Positions 28,776 to 40,149 of a DNA stretch of 64,000 bases are shown here, piece after piece. Origin of the DNA: an uncultured Phycisphaerales bacterium (lineage in GTDB: Bacteria; Planctomycetota; Phycisphaerae; Tepidisphaerales; Tepidisphaeraceae). The number at the start of each line of letters is the position of its first letter. Positions within the stretch are counted from its first letter, which is position 1. The stretch covers positions 4,800,001-4,864,000 of the forward strand of contig CAVWLP010000002.1 in NCBI GenBank assembly GCA_963755915.1, in the 5' to 3' direction. Below the pieces are notes generated by a model. It did no database searches. It was not told the origin of the DNA and saw nothing but the letters and a program-made list of their open reading frames with translations. The position numbers and the translations under genes are program-made.

Positions 28776-30769
28776 TCACTGCTCCCAGACCGCGACATCC
28801 GCCGGGCCCAGCGTCGCCGAGCCGACAAGAAATTTCGCTGACGCCGGCGCCGGCGTCGGCACGGCTTTGTCCTGGTAATTCAAGGCAATTCGATACGGCC
28901 CGCGCTGAAGAACCTGCACCCGAACCGGAACGAATTGCGCCTGCAACTTGTCCGGCCCAATCTGCCTCGCCAGCGATTCCACAAACGTATCCACCAGCGG
29001 CTGCTCGCTGAAGACGCCGAAATAATTCACCGTCCCCTTCCCGCATTTGGCCCGCGTGATCGCCGCCGCCCCCGTATAAAACTGGTCGGCATACGTCGCC
29101 AGCACCTCGGTGCCGGGATTCGCCGTCAGTTGATCTCCCCACACTCCCCACGCATAGCTGTTCCCCCCGAATTTGATCTGCCCGAACCGGTCATCGCGCA
29201 GCGAATCATATCCGTCAATGCTCGCGCCGATGAGCGGAAGGATCGGCGCTCCCCAAGGTCCCTCCCAAAGCTGCCCGGTGCGATCCATCAATCCCGTCCG
29301 GCAGGTCAGCACCAGATTTCCCCCGCCGCGCGCATAAGAATCGAACTGCCCCATGAGCTTATCATCGACCATCTGCACCCCTGGGGCGACAATCAGCGGC
29401 AAATCCGCCGGCCACTGGGACCCCGGCCGCAGGATACGAATCCTCACCCCCAGCCGGCTCAGCGCCGCATACCACGAAGTCAGCCAACGCGACTGATTCC
29501 ATCTCCGCGCCTGCGGCAGCGTCATGAAATACCAGAGCTGATCGAAATCCAGCACCAGCCCGACCGTATGCCGCGGGTCCTGCGCCTCGGCCGCGAATTT
29601 CGGAACCCGCGAAATATCCAGATTCCGCATCTCGCGAATCACCTGCCCAAACTGCTGCCCGCCCGGCGAAGGCGTCACCCCATCCGTCCCAACCAATCCG
29701 TGATGAAACAATTCGATCCCAAACCGCGGCTGGCGAAACCGATAGGTTGTCACAAATTCCGCCCCATGCGCAAACGCCGTCCAGATCCACAGCCGAATCG
29801 CACCCGGATAAACCCGAACCGGCACCCCGCTCCAGTTCACCTGCCCCGGCTGAAGCTCCATCAGCCCCCACCGGTTATGAAACCCCGCCATAAAATCGTG
29901 CAGCAGGCTGATCTGCGCCGGATCCGCGATTCGATATGTTTCGTCGTTCCCCTCCTTTTCCCACCCGGTCACCGGATAAGAATCCCACGCCATCAGCGAA
30001 AGATCCTTGGCAAAATCCCCCGGATCGCAATCCGGCTGAAGGTGCATGAAATTGGTTGTGATGAATCGCTTCCCGATCTTCGGACGCAGAATATCGCTCT
30101 GAATCCGGTTATACGCCGCGAAAGCCCAGCTCCAGAATCGCGACCCATCCAGCCCCTGGTGCGGATTGCCATACCGCGGATCGCGCGCGGCGGCAGAAGA
30201 ATCTGATTGAAATCCGTGTAATACGTATTCCAAAACTGATTCCCCCACGCCCGGTTTAAATTCTGAATATCCCCATATTTTTCCCGCAGCCATTTCCGAA
30301 ACGCCGCGTGCGTGATCTCCGACTGGTCGAACGGGTTGCTATATTCGTTATCGATCTGCCAGCCGATCACCGAGGGATGATCGCCAAACCGATCCGCCAT
30401 CGCCTGCACGATTCGCCGCGTGGCCGCCTGAAATTCCGGTGAAAGCGGATTGTAATGCCGCCGGCCACCAAAGCGCCCGCGAACGTTCCCTTCATACATC
30501 GGCAACGTCTCCGGCGACCCGTCGCTCAGCCAGATCGGTGGCGCCGCTGTCGGCGTGCACAGGATCACATCCAGCTTCCGCTTCGCCGCCAGATCCAGGC
30601 AATGGCTCAGCCAGTCAAACTTGAATTCGCCCGGCTTCGGCTCCATCTCGTACCACGCGAACTCAGCCATGTGCACGATCTGAAGCCCCATCTTCGCGAT
30701 GTTGTCAAAATCACGTTCCCATTGCTGCCGCGGCCACTGTTCGGGGTAATAATATGTCCCTATTTTCAT
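28776..30769 (-). CDS. GH42 beta-galactosidase (frameshift near 30190)
   Basis: GTYYYPEQWP, AEFAW..MEP, LCTPTAAPP.W, WQIDNE, MELQPGQVNW. Confidence 0.9.
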
Positions 30770-30941
30770 GAATCTCCGTTCCCTTCTTTCCGCGAATGGT
30801 AGTCCAGTTGGATTAAAGCGAAAAGGCCGAAGGAACCTCGCCTCTTACATTAACCCAGGCGGGCCCATCAAAACGATTCCCCCACGAACCTAAACCCGCG
30901 CCCCCCTTGCGACGACGTTTATTTCTGTCGGAGCAAGGCCT

Positions 30942-31283
30942 ATGGACGACGCATTTGGAATTGCGCTCTCAGGAATGCAGGCGGCGCAAACGCAACTAAA
31001 TGTTGCGGCCAATAATATCGCCAATGCCAACACCCCGGGCTTCAAGGCCCAGCAGGCCGATCTAACGAGCCTGCCCAACGGGGATGGCGTCGATGTCGCC
31101 CAGATTTCAACGACAGGGAATTCCGCCGACCCCACCGTCGCCATCATTAGCCTGCGGCAATCGGCACTCCTATACGGCGCCAACGCAATGGTGATCCGCG
31201 TGCAAAACCAGATGTACGGCTCGCTGCTGAACGTCCTGGACAATCAGGACCCGAGCCAGGATCAGCCGTGGGATAATTCGTGA
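30942..31283 (+). CDS. Small flagellar basal-body rod (FlgC-like) domain protein
   Basis: IALSGMQAAQ..LNVAANNIANANTPGFK plus a rod-type C-terminus. Confidence 0.8.
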   Translation: MDDAFGIALSGMQAAQTQLNVAANNIANANTPGFKAQQADLTSLPNGDGVDVAQISTTGNSADPTVAIISLRQSALLYGANAMVIRVQNQMYGSLLNVLDNQDPSQDQPWDNS

Positions 31284-31302
31284 GGTGATCGACAGAATTC
31301 CG

Positions 31303-31707
31303 TCAAAATGGGAATTGTCTATCAAACGTGTGGACGTCGCGTCTGAGGCGTATACATACCGCACGAATCAGGCAGTCACCCAATTGGCGCGACGATTGAT
31401 CGCGACGAACGCGCACCGCAATGCGTTTCGCTTCTTCCCAGTCTTCCGGCACTATCCTTCCCTCGTCGAGGATCGTGAATTCATCCAGGTAATCTCGCGC
31501 TATGGCAACTCCCGCCGCACCTTGCGGGCCACATAAATATTCCACATAAATGGGCGAGAGGATTTCGTCGGTGCGTGTGAGTTCAATCAAGCGGCGGGCG
31601 CATTGTATCGCCTGGCGTTTGCCAATTTGTGTGACGTCAGCCGCTTTGAAATAAGCCTTCCAATGGTTGATCAGAACATTGGTGTCGAGGACGCGGCGGC
31701 GGCTCAT
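31303..31707 (-). CDS. PIN-domain (VapC-like) toxin
   Basis: VLDTNVLI, EYLCG, LGDCLI, HTFD. Confidence 0.85.
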   Translation of the reverse strand: MSRRRVLDTNVLINHWKAYFKAADVTQIGKRQAIQCARRLIELTRTDEILSPIYVEYLCGPQGAAGVAIARDYLDEFTILDEGRIVPEDWEEAKRIAVRVRRDQSSRQLGDCLIRAVCIRLRRDVHTFDRQFPF

Positions 31708-32145
31708 GACACTTCTTGGGGTGCGGCAAGTCCACTCACGTAGTCATCCCATTTCTCCGCGATGTTCCCAAGTATCGAAGCCAAATTGCGCGCCTCCATT
31801 CGGCGGACCGCGGAACACGACACGCGAACTTTAACTCCTCGTACCGCTTTCTCGATGTAAACCGGCCATTGGTTATGGTCCTTGCCCGCGCAACTTTTCC
31901 GCCAGCGATTCGATCAGGGCTGCGATCTCTTTTTTATGATCCCCCAGCCACTGCCTGGCCTCTTCGCAATCCGCGGGAAGTTGGCGACCCTGGCAATCGA
32001 CGTCGACATACCAAAGCAGCGCCGGATCTTCGTTCTTCAAATCTCCCGTCTCGAAGCTGGACAATACAGTATTGTCGTTGACCTCAACGCCCGTTCGAAC
32101 GCCTCCGTCAACCCGTTTCTGACGATAAAAACTAATCTTTGGCAT
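31704..32145 (-). CDS. Hypothetical protein coupled to the PIN gene (~146 aa, frameshift near 31885); candidate antitoxin
   Basis: MPKISFYRQKRVDGGVRTG... continues in another frame as DHNQWPVYIEK...CSAVRR...PQEVS*, whose TGA overlaps the PIN ATG (ATGA). Confidence 0.65.
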
Positions 32146-32198
32146 GACAATATTACCGACTTCATTATAAGGCGCAATCTGGCCACCACCAAGAGGAT

Positions 32199-32784
32199 TT
32201 ACAAATGGTCGTCGCCAATCCATGCGTAAACGCACGTGTTCCTCGGCTTCCCACCCACGGTCATGCTGTCGCACCTCATAATTCCCTCCAATTGAAAGCC
32301 GGCTAATTCTGCGACGCGGCGGCTGCGCGCGTTCAGTTCGTCCACGCGAATCTGAATTCGCTTGAACTTAACCCGGTCGCGAAGCATCTGGACGAGCGCG
32401 CCGACAGCCTCGGTCACAAATCCCTGCCCGGTTTTGTCGCTGCGGAGCCAATAGCCGATTTCGCAGCTGGGAATTTCCCAATCATGTGGATGTGCCCCGA
32501 TCGTGCCGAGATGGTCGGGCGAGTCTTTAGCAAAGATCAGGTATGGAAGTTGTTTTCGCGTGAGAAATTCGGAAGCGGCGCGACGGCACCATTCTTCGCC
32601 GGATTGCTCGTTGTATTCGTCAGTCGCCCACGGCATCCAGCGCTTGAGCTCGGGAAGTGAGTGCTGAACGGAGGGCCAGACGATCGCACCATCGCCTGCG
32701 CGGCGTGCGCATTGTTAAGCGCGCACTCGAGACCTCGCTCGGAATATCCAACAAAATCGGATTGATTTTCTCGTTTCCCATCAT
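32199..32784 (-). CDS. GNAT acetyltransferase, RimJ/RimL family (frameshift near 32650-32700)
   Basis: N-terminus NPILLDIP...RL..R.P; EIGYWL...[26 protein letters not shown] overlap with aroF. Confidence 0.85.
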
Positions 32785-33802
32785 GCCGTCCGATCGACGG
32801 CCGTCGCGATCCTTCGGATCGCCGCCATCATTTCAGTGAATTGCTTGGGCGTGATCGACTGCGCCCCATCCGTCAGCGCATGCTCCGGATCATTGTGAAC
32901 CTCCACGATCAATCCATCCGCCCCGGCCGCGATCGCCGCCCGGCACATCGAATCCACCAGGTAACTCTTCCCCGTCCCCTGGCTCGGATCGATAATCACC
33001 GGCAAATGGCTCACGCGATGCAATTCCGGAACCGCCGCCAGCGCCAGCGTATTTCGCACATAATCCTCATACGTCCGAATCCCGCGCTCGCACAGCATTA
33101 CCCGTGAATTCCCCCGCGACATGATGTATTCCGCCGCGAGCAAAAATTCCTCCAGCGTCGCGCTCATCCCGCGCTTCAGCAACACCGGCTTACTCTGTTC
33201 CCCCACCGCGTTCAGCAGATTGAAATTCTGCATATTCCTCGCCCCCACTTGAAGCACGTCTGCGTACTGGCCGACCAGCCCAACCTGGTCGATCGACATC
33301 ACCTCCGTCACCACCGCCAGCCCCGTCTCCTCGCGCGCAGCGCCAGAAGCTCCAATCCCTTTTCCCCCATCCCCTGAAAGGAATACGGATTCGTCCGCGG
33401 CTTAAACGCCCCGCCCCGCAGCCCCACCGCCCCCGCTTCCTTCACCGCATGCGCAATCTCCAGCACCTGCGACTTACTCTCCACGCTGCACGGCCCCGCA
33501 ATCACCCCGACCGCAGGTCCGCCAATCTTTGCATCGATCTGTCCACCCAGGGGAACGACGGTTCGCTCCTTCTTCACCTCCCTGGAAGCCATCTTGTACG
33601 GCGCCAATATCGGCACCACCCGGTCCACTCCGGGCGCCGATTCCAGCACCGACCGATCCTTGAACCGGTCGTCCCCGATCACCGCGACAACCGTTCGTTC
33701 CTCTCCGACGATGACGTGATCTTTGAGTCCCATTTCGCGCACCAGTTGAATGACATGCTCGACCTGCTTCTGAGCCGAGCCCGGTTTCATCACCACGATC
33801 AT
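32781..33802 (-). CDS. aroF: 3-deoxy-7-phosphoheptulonate (DAHP) synthase, type I-beta with N-terminal regulatory domain (frameshift near 33335)
   Basis: [64 protein letters not shown]. Confidence 0.95.
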
Positions 33803-33852
33803 GCGACCTCCGCGAAAAAAGTCCCGAAAAGTTCTGGCCAAAAAAGCCCAAC

Positions 33853-33881
33853 AAAAAAACCTCAGGACTTTTGTCCTGAGG
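33853..33881 (-). terminator. Attenuator terminator upstream of aroF
   Basis: CCTCAGGAC-AAAA-GTCCTGAGG followed by T7. Confidence 0.9.
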
Positions 33882-33914
33882 CCGCCGATTTCAAACCAAT
33901 TTTATCGATGAAGC

Positions 33915-33989
33915 TCAGGACGCAATATGGGTGCGGGGATAAAAATATCCGCCAAACCAACCCCAATATCGCAGGTCCGAAGACTTCAT
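33915..33989 (-). CDS. aroF leader peptide MKSSDLRYWGWFGGYFYPRTHIAS
   Basis: Seven aromatic codons (3 Tyr, 2 Trp, 2 Phe) in a 10-codon window; the stop region GTCCTGAG can pair with the terminator 5' arm. Confidence 0.9.
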   Translation of the reverse strand: MKSSDLRYWGWFGGYFYPRTHIAS

Positions 33990-34000
33990 ACTCTTGCCCC

Positions 34001-34030
34001 AATATAGCATTTAATTAGCTCAAATGTCAA
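34001..34030 (-). promoter_or_regulatory. Sigma70-type promoter of the aroF leader
   Basis: TTGACA-18 nt-TATATT. Confidence 0.7.
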
Positions 34031-34108
34031 TTTTTCCCCGCGAATATCGCGGCAAGGCAGGGCCTTAGTGTACAGCCAATTGCCGGCGTGGTAATAATGA
34101 TACAGTTC

Positions 34109-34182
34109 CGGGGCGTAGCTCAGCTTGGCAGAGCGTCTGGTTTGGGACCAGAAGGCCGTAGGTTCAAATCCTATCGCCCCGA
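34109..34182 (+). tRNA. tRNA-Pro (TGG)
   Basis: Cloverleaf CGGGGCG...CGCCCCGA; anticodon arm TCTGG-TTTGGGA-CCAGA; GGTTCAAATC T-arm; CCA not encoded. Confidence 0.97.
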
Positions 34183-34285
34183 CTTGACGAGAGGAATATC
34201 GTCCGCCGGCTTGCGTATTCGCCTCATTGCGCCATTGAGTCTTATGCAAACTTTCACGGTTCGAAGAACATCGGGAGCAGGCGTT

Positions 34286-34729
34286 ATGAAACCGAAACAG
34301 AGCCAACTGCCGACCGAAGAAGATTTCCTCGATCCCAGGTCACAGGACTTGGACGAACGGCACTCCATCACGATGTTTCTTGGGAAGACGCAAGAAGAGG
34401 CGGAGACTATGTTTCGTCAAAACTTCCTCTTCTACCAAGAAGACTTAACGTGCATGCGGGCTCCCGCATTTCGTTTCTATGTTATCCCAGCGATTAAATA
34501 CCTCCTGAGCAAAGAGGCAAACGGGGACTCGGACGCGGCAAGTACCTTCTGCTATGTGCTTGAGTCGCGGCTGGAGCGCGATGTTGACGCTCTTGTTCCC
34601 ATCGCTTCAATTGTAGTTGACGCCATCCGGCAGATCCTTGCTGATTTTGATCGTTTCGAGTGTTCTCCCGAGATATACGGTGACGTTCCCGCCCGTTATC
34701 GGGCTGTAGCCGTTCGGCTGACGGCATAA
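34286..34729 (+). CDS. Hypothetical protein (147 aa), orphan immunity-like
   Basis: SD GGGAG; F.GK...EA..MF......QEDL..M...AFRFY; lower GC; directly downstream of the tRNA. Confidence 0.65.
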   Translation: MKPKQSQLPTEEDFLDPRSQDLDERHSITMFLGKTQEEAETMFRQNFLFYQEDLTCMRAPAFRFYVIPAIKYLLSKEANGDSDAASTFCYVLESRLERDVDALVPIASIVVDAIRQILADFDRFECSPEIYGDVPARYRAVAVRLTA

Positions 34730-34900
34730 ACGCACAAAAAGTTCAACCGGTGTCTTGTCACTCCGACGCACTGCTGCGAATAGAGCAGTGGAGAAATAGA
34801 ACAGGAGACCAGTAGACAAGAAAACCTCCAGAATTGAGTTGTCCCACCGCGGCCGTCACCCCTTTCTCTTCCATCGGTTAGTTCACAAACTGAGGCCCCA

Positions 34901-36611
34901 GTGAAAGACGGCACAACCGATCTCACCGCCCAGCCCAACCTCGATGTCTCATCCGGGCAAACCACCTGGCCCCTCCGCTTTTGGCTGATCACCGCACTCA
35001 CCGGCGTCTTCGCCGGCCTTATCGGCGGCGCCCTCATGAAGTTGCTTGCCGCCCTCGAGCATCTCGCCTGGACCTACGACTCCGGAACATATCTCGAAGC
35101 GGTCACCCGTGCCTCCCCCTCCCGGCACATCCTCATGCTTCTCACCGCCGGTCTCCTCGTCGGCGTCGGCGGCGCCATCATCTCCAAAACTTTCGGCCCC
35201 GCCGGCGATGCCGAAGCCGCCGTCTGGTTTCGCTCCGGTTATCTCCCCCTGCTGTCCACCCTCGTCAAATCCGTCAATTCCATCGCCACCGTCGCCCTCG
35301 GCAGTTCCCTCGGACGAGAATCCCCCATCAAGCAGGCCGGCGGTGCCGTCGCCAGTTGGATGGCCCAGCACACCCACCTCTCCCGATCCGAGCACCGCGT
35401 TCTCGTCGCCTGCGGCATCGGCGCCGGCATGGCCGCCGCCTACAACGTCCCCGTCGGTGCCGCACTCTTCACCGTCGAAGTCCTCCTCGGAAGCATCACC
35501 CTTCGCCTCGCCCTTCCCGACTTGCTCTGCTCCGGCGTCGCCACCGCCGCTTCCTGGCTCTTCCTGCCCACCGGCCCAATCTACCGCGTCCCCGAATATC
35601 CCCTCTCCGTTCAACTCACCCTCTGGTCCCTCCTTGCCGGCCCCCTGCTCGGCCTCGCCACCATCCCCCTGGTCCGTCTCATCGGCTGGGCCGACGCCCA
35701 AAAACCGCGCCGGCGCCGCCATCTATATCGCCCCCGTCCTCCTCCTCACCCTCCTCGGCGCTCTCTCCATCGTCTATCCCCAATTACTCGGCAACGGCAA
35801 AGACGACGTCCAGCTCGCCTTCGAAGACAAGTTCGCAATCGATCTCCTCCTAATCCTCCCCGCGTTGAAACTCCTCGCAACCGCCGGCTGTCTCAGCGCC
35901 GGCGCCTCCGGCGGACTCTTCACCCCCACCATGACCATCGGTGCTCTCCTCGGCGGCCTTCTTGGCCACGCCTGGAACTCCGTCTGCCCCGGCGCATCCA
36001 TGGGCAGTTGCTCCGTGATCGGCTCCTGCGCCTTCCTTGCCGCCTCCAGTCAAGGCCCCATTTCCGCGCTCGTTCTGGTCTTGGAATTAACCCGCCACGT
36101 CGATGGAACGATGGTCCCCATGCTCATCGCCGTAGCCGGCGCAATGCTCGTAGCCCGCCGAATCGAAGCCCGGTCCATTTACTCCATCCGCTTGCATCTA
36201 CGAAAGCCAAAACCAACCTTACCCACCTCCGCACAACTCCCCGCCTTCGCCGGCACGATTTCCCCCGATTTCGCCACGATATCCTCCGCCGAGGCCTACG
36301 CGACGGTCGTTCAGCATCTCTGGCTCCGCCGCCTCAATCCCCCCGTCTACGTCTTAGACGACCACGGAAAGCTGCTCGGAAAGATCGCCCTGGAATCCCT
36401 CGACATCGGCTCCCTCGGCGCCATCCCCATCGAAGCCGCCAAAGCCGCCGACCTCGTCATCCCCGTCTCCACGCTCTCCTCCCAAATGAGCGAGACGGAA
36501 ATCGCCCACCGCCTCGCCACCGCCGCCGAGCCCGAGCTGCCCGTGGTCGATTCCGAAACGGGCCGAATGATCGGCGTCGTGCCAAACAAAAGCCCCGTCA
36601 ACGAACCGTAG
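34901..36611 (+). CDS. ClC chloride channel / H+/Cl- transporter with CBS-like C-terminus (frameshift near 35710)
   Basis: SLGRESP, AAAYNVPVGAALF..EVLL, LLGNG, GGLFTP. Confidence 0.9.
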
Positions 36612-36619
36612 TGCCCCAG

Positions 36620-39600
36620 TCAATCCGCTGAACTAGGCCGCGTTGTTTTTTCTTCCTCACCCCGCTTCAAAATCTGCTCCCTGCATTGTTGCAGCACATC
36701 CACATACTGCTGCCGCCATGGATCGCCCGGCGGAAGAACCTCCAGGCAGTGCTGCAGGGCCTCACTCGCTTCCGTCAAACGCGTTTCACCCATCAGCGAT
36801 TCGCCCAGCCCTCCATACGCATACCCAAACGACGGATTCAGCGCAATCGCCTGCCGGAAATGATCGGTGGCGTTGTACAGCCGGCCCATTGTCATCAGGC
36901 CAAGCGCCAAGTTGTAATGTACGTCCGGCTGGTTCGGATTGATCTTCAGCGACGCTCGAAATTCTTCCACCGCCTCCTCGTTTTGCTTGGCCGCCAGAAG
37001 CCCAAGGCCCAGATTATAATGCGCATACGGATCGGCTGGATTCAGCTCGGTTGCCCTTTGCAGGTGGTCAATCGCTTCGCCTAAAGCCCCGCTCCCTTTT
37101 AGAAGCAGGCCCAGGTTATATTGCGCAGAGAAATTGTTCGGATCCAGTCGAACCGCTTCCTCAAGCTGCCCAATAGCCAAATCGCTCTTCCCCTGCTTCA
37201 TCAGCACAAGAGCCAGGTTGTAGTGTGCATCCGGCTGGTTCGGATTGATTTTCAGCGATGATTCAAATTCGGAAACGGCCTGCGGCGCTTTCCCAATGGC
37301 AACAAAAGCGAGCCCCAGGTTGTAACGGACATACGGATCGCCCGGCTCCAGCTCGCTCGCCTTTTGCAGGTGCTGAATGGCCAATTCAAATCTTCCCTCC
37401 CCTTTGAGCAGCAAACCAATGAGATAATGAGCCTGCGCCTTCTCGGGCGAAAGCTTCAGGGTCTCCTGGAACTGTTCCAGCGCCGCATCATTCTTCCCCT
37501 GGTTCATCAGCGCGACGCCGAGAATATAGTGGTCATCCGCCTCGTTCGGGTCGATCTTCAGAGCTTCCTGGAACGCAGCGACCGCCGGATCCATCTTGCC
37601 GGCCTGCATGAACGCCAGGCCGAGGTTGTAAAAGGCAGCCGCATTGGATGGATCGAGTTTCCTCGCGCGCTCCAGTTGCTCGATCGACTCGTTCAGGTTC
37701 CCCGTGCTTTTCAGCGCCAGGCCCAGGCAGTAATGCGCCTGCGAGTTGTCCGGATCGACCTTCAGCACATCCCGGAACTGCTCGATCGCCTTCTCGTTTT
37801 TCCCCTGCGTCATCAGCACCAGGCCAAGGTTGTATCGCGAATCCGAATAATTCGGATCAATCGTGAGCGCCGATTCGAAATGTTCGATCGCCCCGTCCAA
37901 CTCCCCTTTGTCCACCAGCGCCAGCGCCAGGTTGTAATTGATGGTTCGCATCGTCCGGCTCCAGGCGGGTCGACTCGGCGAGCTGCCCCACCGCCTCATC
38001 CACTCGTCCCATTTTCCGCAGCACCAGCCCGAGGCAGTAGTGGGCGTGACCCGAATCCGGATCAAGTGCGATTTCCTGCCGAAACTGCCGCTCCGCTTCG
38101 GTGAGTTGATTGTCCGCCGCCAGGGCCATTCCCAGGTTACCGATCGCAACCGTCGATCGCGGCCGAAGGGCGATCGCCGCCTGGTAGTACCGCACCGATT
38201 CCGCGCAATTGCCGCTCTTCCGCAGCGCATCCGCAAGCATGAAGTTTGCCCAGAAATCCCCGGGATAGGTCCATTGCACCCGGCGCAGAAATGCCATCGC
38301 CTCGCCGCTTGCGCCGGTGTCCTCGAGACGCTCCCCCAGGGCGGCAAGTAAGCGAACCGGCTCATGGATTGCCGTGTCGGTCTCCGCCAACTCAACCAGC
38401 TCCCCCCGGCTCACCGACGGATTCCGCACGCGATTTCGCCAGCCCGTCGGATCCGGGTCGGCCATGGATGCCACCTCGAAAATCCACTGCCGCCGATCCC
38501 CCTCCGTCGCGCAAAGCGCCCAATCGTCCAGCGCCGCGATCAGCGACGACCGATCGTTCGACGTCAGGATTCGCCCCGCGACCACCGCCGGGTCATCCCC
38601 GGCGCTGCCGATTCCGTGTTGCTGAAATGCCGCCAGATACGCCGCGTCCGCGTGCGCGTTGTCGAACAGCCGCGCAAACTGGCTCTCAACCCAGGCCGTT
38701 CGATTCAGCCCGATTGACTCCAGAAGTTGTCCGAATCTCAGGTCTCGTTCATCCCCATCCAACCGCTCATCCAGGGAGGCAACGGCATGGTTCTGCATCC
38801 GCGCATGAGCTCGATCCAATGCCGACGCCGCCAAAATCCAGTCCGATTCAGACTCCGAATCCTCCGCTTCCTGCAAATCTTCCGACACCGCTCGAACCGT
38901 TCCAGCCCGATCCGCCGCAAGCCGCAGCCCAATCCCAATCCCCGCGGCGCTCATCAGGATTGTTGCCGCAACCATCGCCGCCAGCGCCGGCCGACGCCGC
39001 GCCCACTTTCCGGCTCGCTCCACAATTCCCGCCCGTCGGGCGCTGATCGGTTCCGAACGCTCAAACCGCCCGATATCCTCCGCCATCGCCGCCGCCGAGC
39101 CGTATCGACGCTTCGGATCCTTTCTCAGGCACTGCACGCAAATCGTCTCCAGATCGCGCGGCACCCGCGCGTTCAGCCGCGACGGGCCCACCGGTTCCTC
39201 GTTCAGCAGTTGCCGAATCGTTTCCGTCGGCGATTCTCCTCGGAACGGCGGCCGTCCCGTCAGCATTTCGTAAAGGATCGCCCCCAACGCGTAAATGTCC
39301 GCCTCCGGTCCGATGTCGCTCGCCTTGCCCACCGCCTGCTCCGGCGCCATATAACTTGGCGTCCCAATGTGAACCTCGCTGTTCGACATGGTCCCCTCCC
39401 CGCCGAAACATCGCGCAAGCCCGAAATCGCTGATCTTCGGGATCCCCTCTGCCGTCAGTAGAATATTGCTCGGCTTCAGATCGCGATGCACGATCCCCGC
39501 CTCGTGTGCCGCCTGCATCGCTTCCGCCAATGTGCCGATCATCGCCGCGGCCTTCGCCGCTGGCACGGGCGCGCCGTCCAGCTTGTGCGCCAGCGTGCCT

Positions 39601-40088
39601 CCCTCCACAAACTCCATTGTGAAATAAGGCCGTCCCTCCCATTCACCCAGGTCGTGGATCTGCACGACATGAGGATGGCTCAGCCGCGCCACCGCCAGCG
39701 CTTCCCGCTGAAATCGTTTCCGTTCCGCCGCCCCCGCGAATTCGCCGGACAAGAGCATTTTTATCGCCACTGTCCGATCCAGCAGCAGATGTCGCGCCCG
39801 GTAAACCACCCCCACTCCCCCGCGCCCTTCAATCGACTTCACCTCATACCCCGGAATCTGCGGCAATCGCCTCACCTCACTCTCGACGCTCATCCTCTGA
39901 ACCTCGCTCAGTCCAAGAGCCGTCGATGGAAACAGGTCATCCAGTTGCGCCGAAATCATCCGGATTCGCCCCAAACGCAACCGAACTTCCTCAAGTTTCT
40001 CCGGGCATCCGGCGCAGACTTCTTCCGGCGCTCGTCCCGAGATCAGAATCTCCTCGACCAGTTGCGTGATCGCCGACTCGTCTTCCAT
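36620..40088 (-). CDS. Hanks-type Ser/Thr protein kinase with long TPR C-terminus (frameshift near 37940)
   Basis: GRGGVGVVY, VAIK, HRDLKPSNILL, DFGLA, GTPSYMAPEQ; more than 10 TPRs. Confidence 0.92.
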
Positions 40089-40149
40089 CGATTTGATCCC
40101 TCCCGCGCCCAGGCATAATCGATCCCGTCGCTCCCCAGCGCAGGAGCGA

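Noticed and set aside
34088-34285. N-terminal extension of ORF 34088..34729
   Set aside because: It overlaps tRNA-Pro; the real start with an SD is at 34286.
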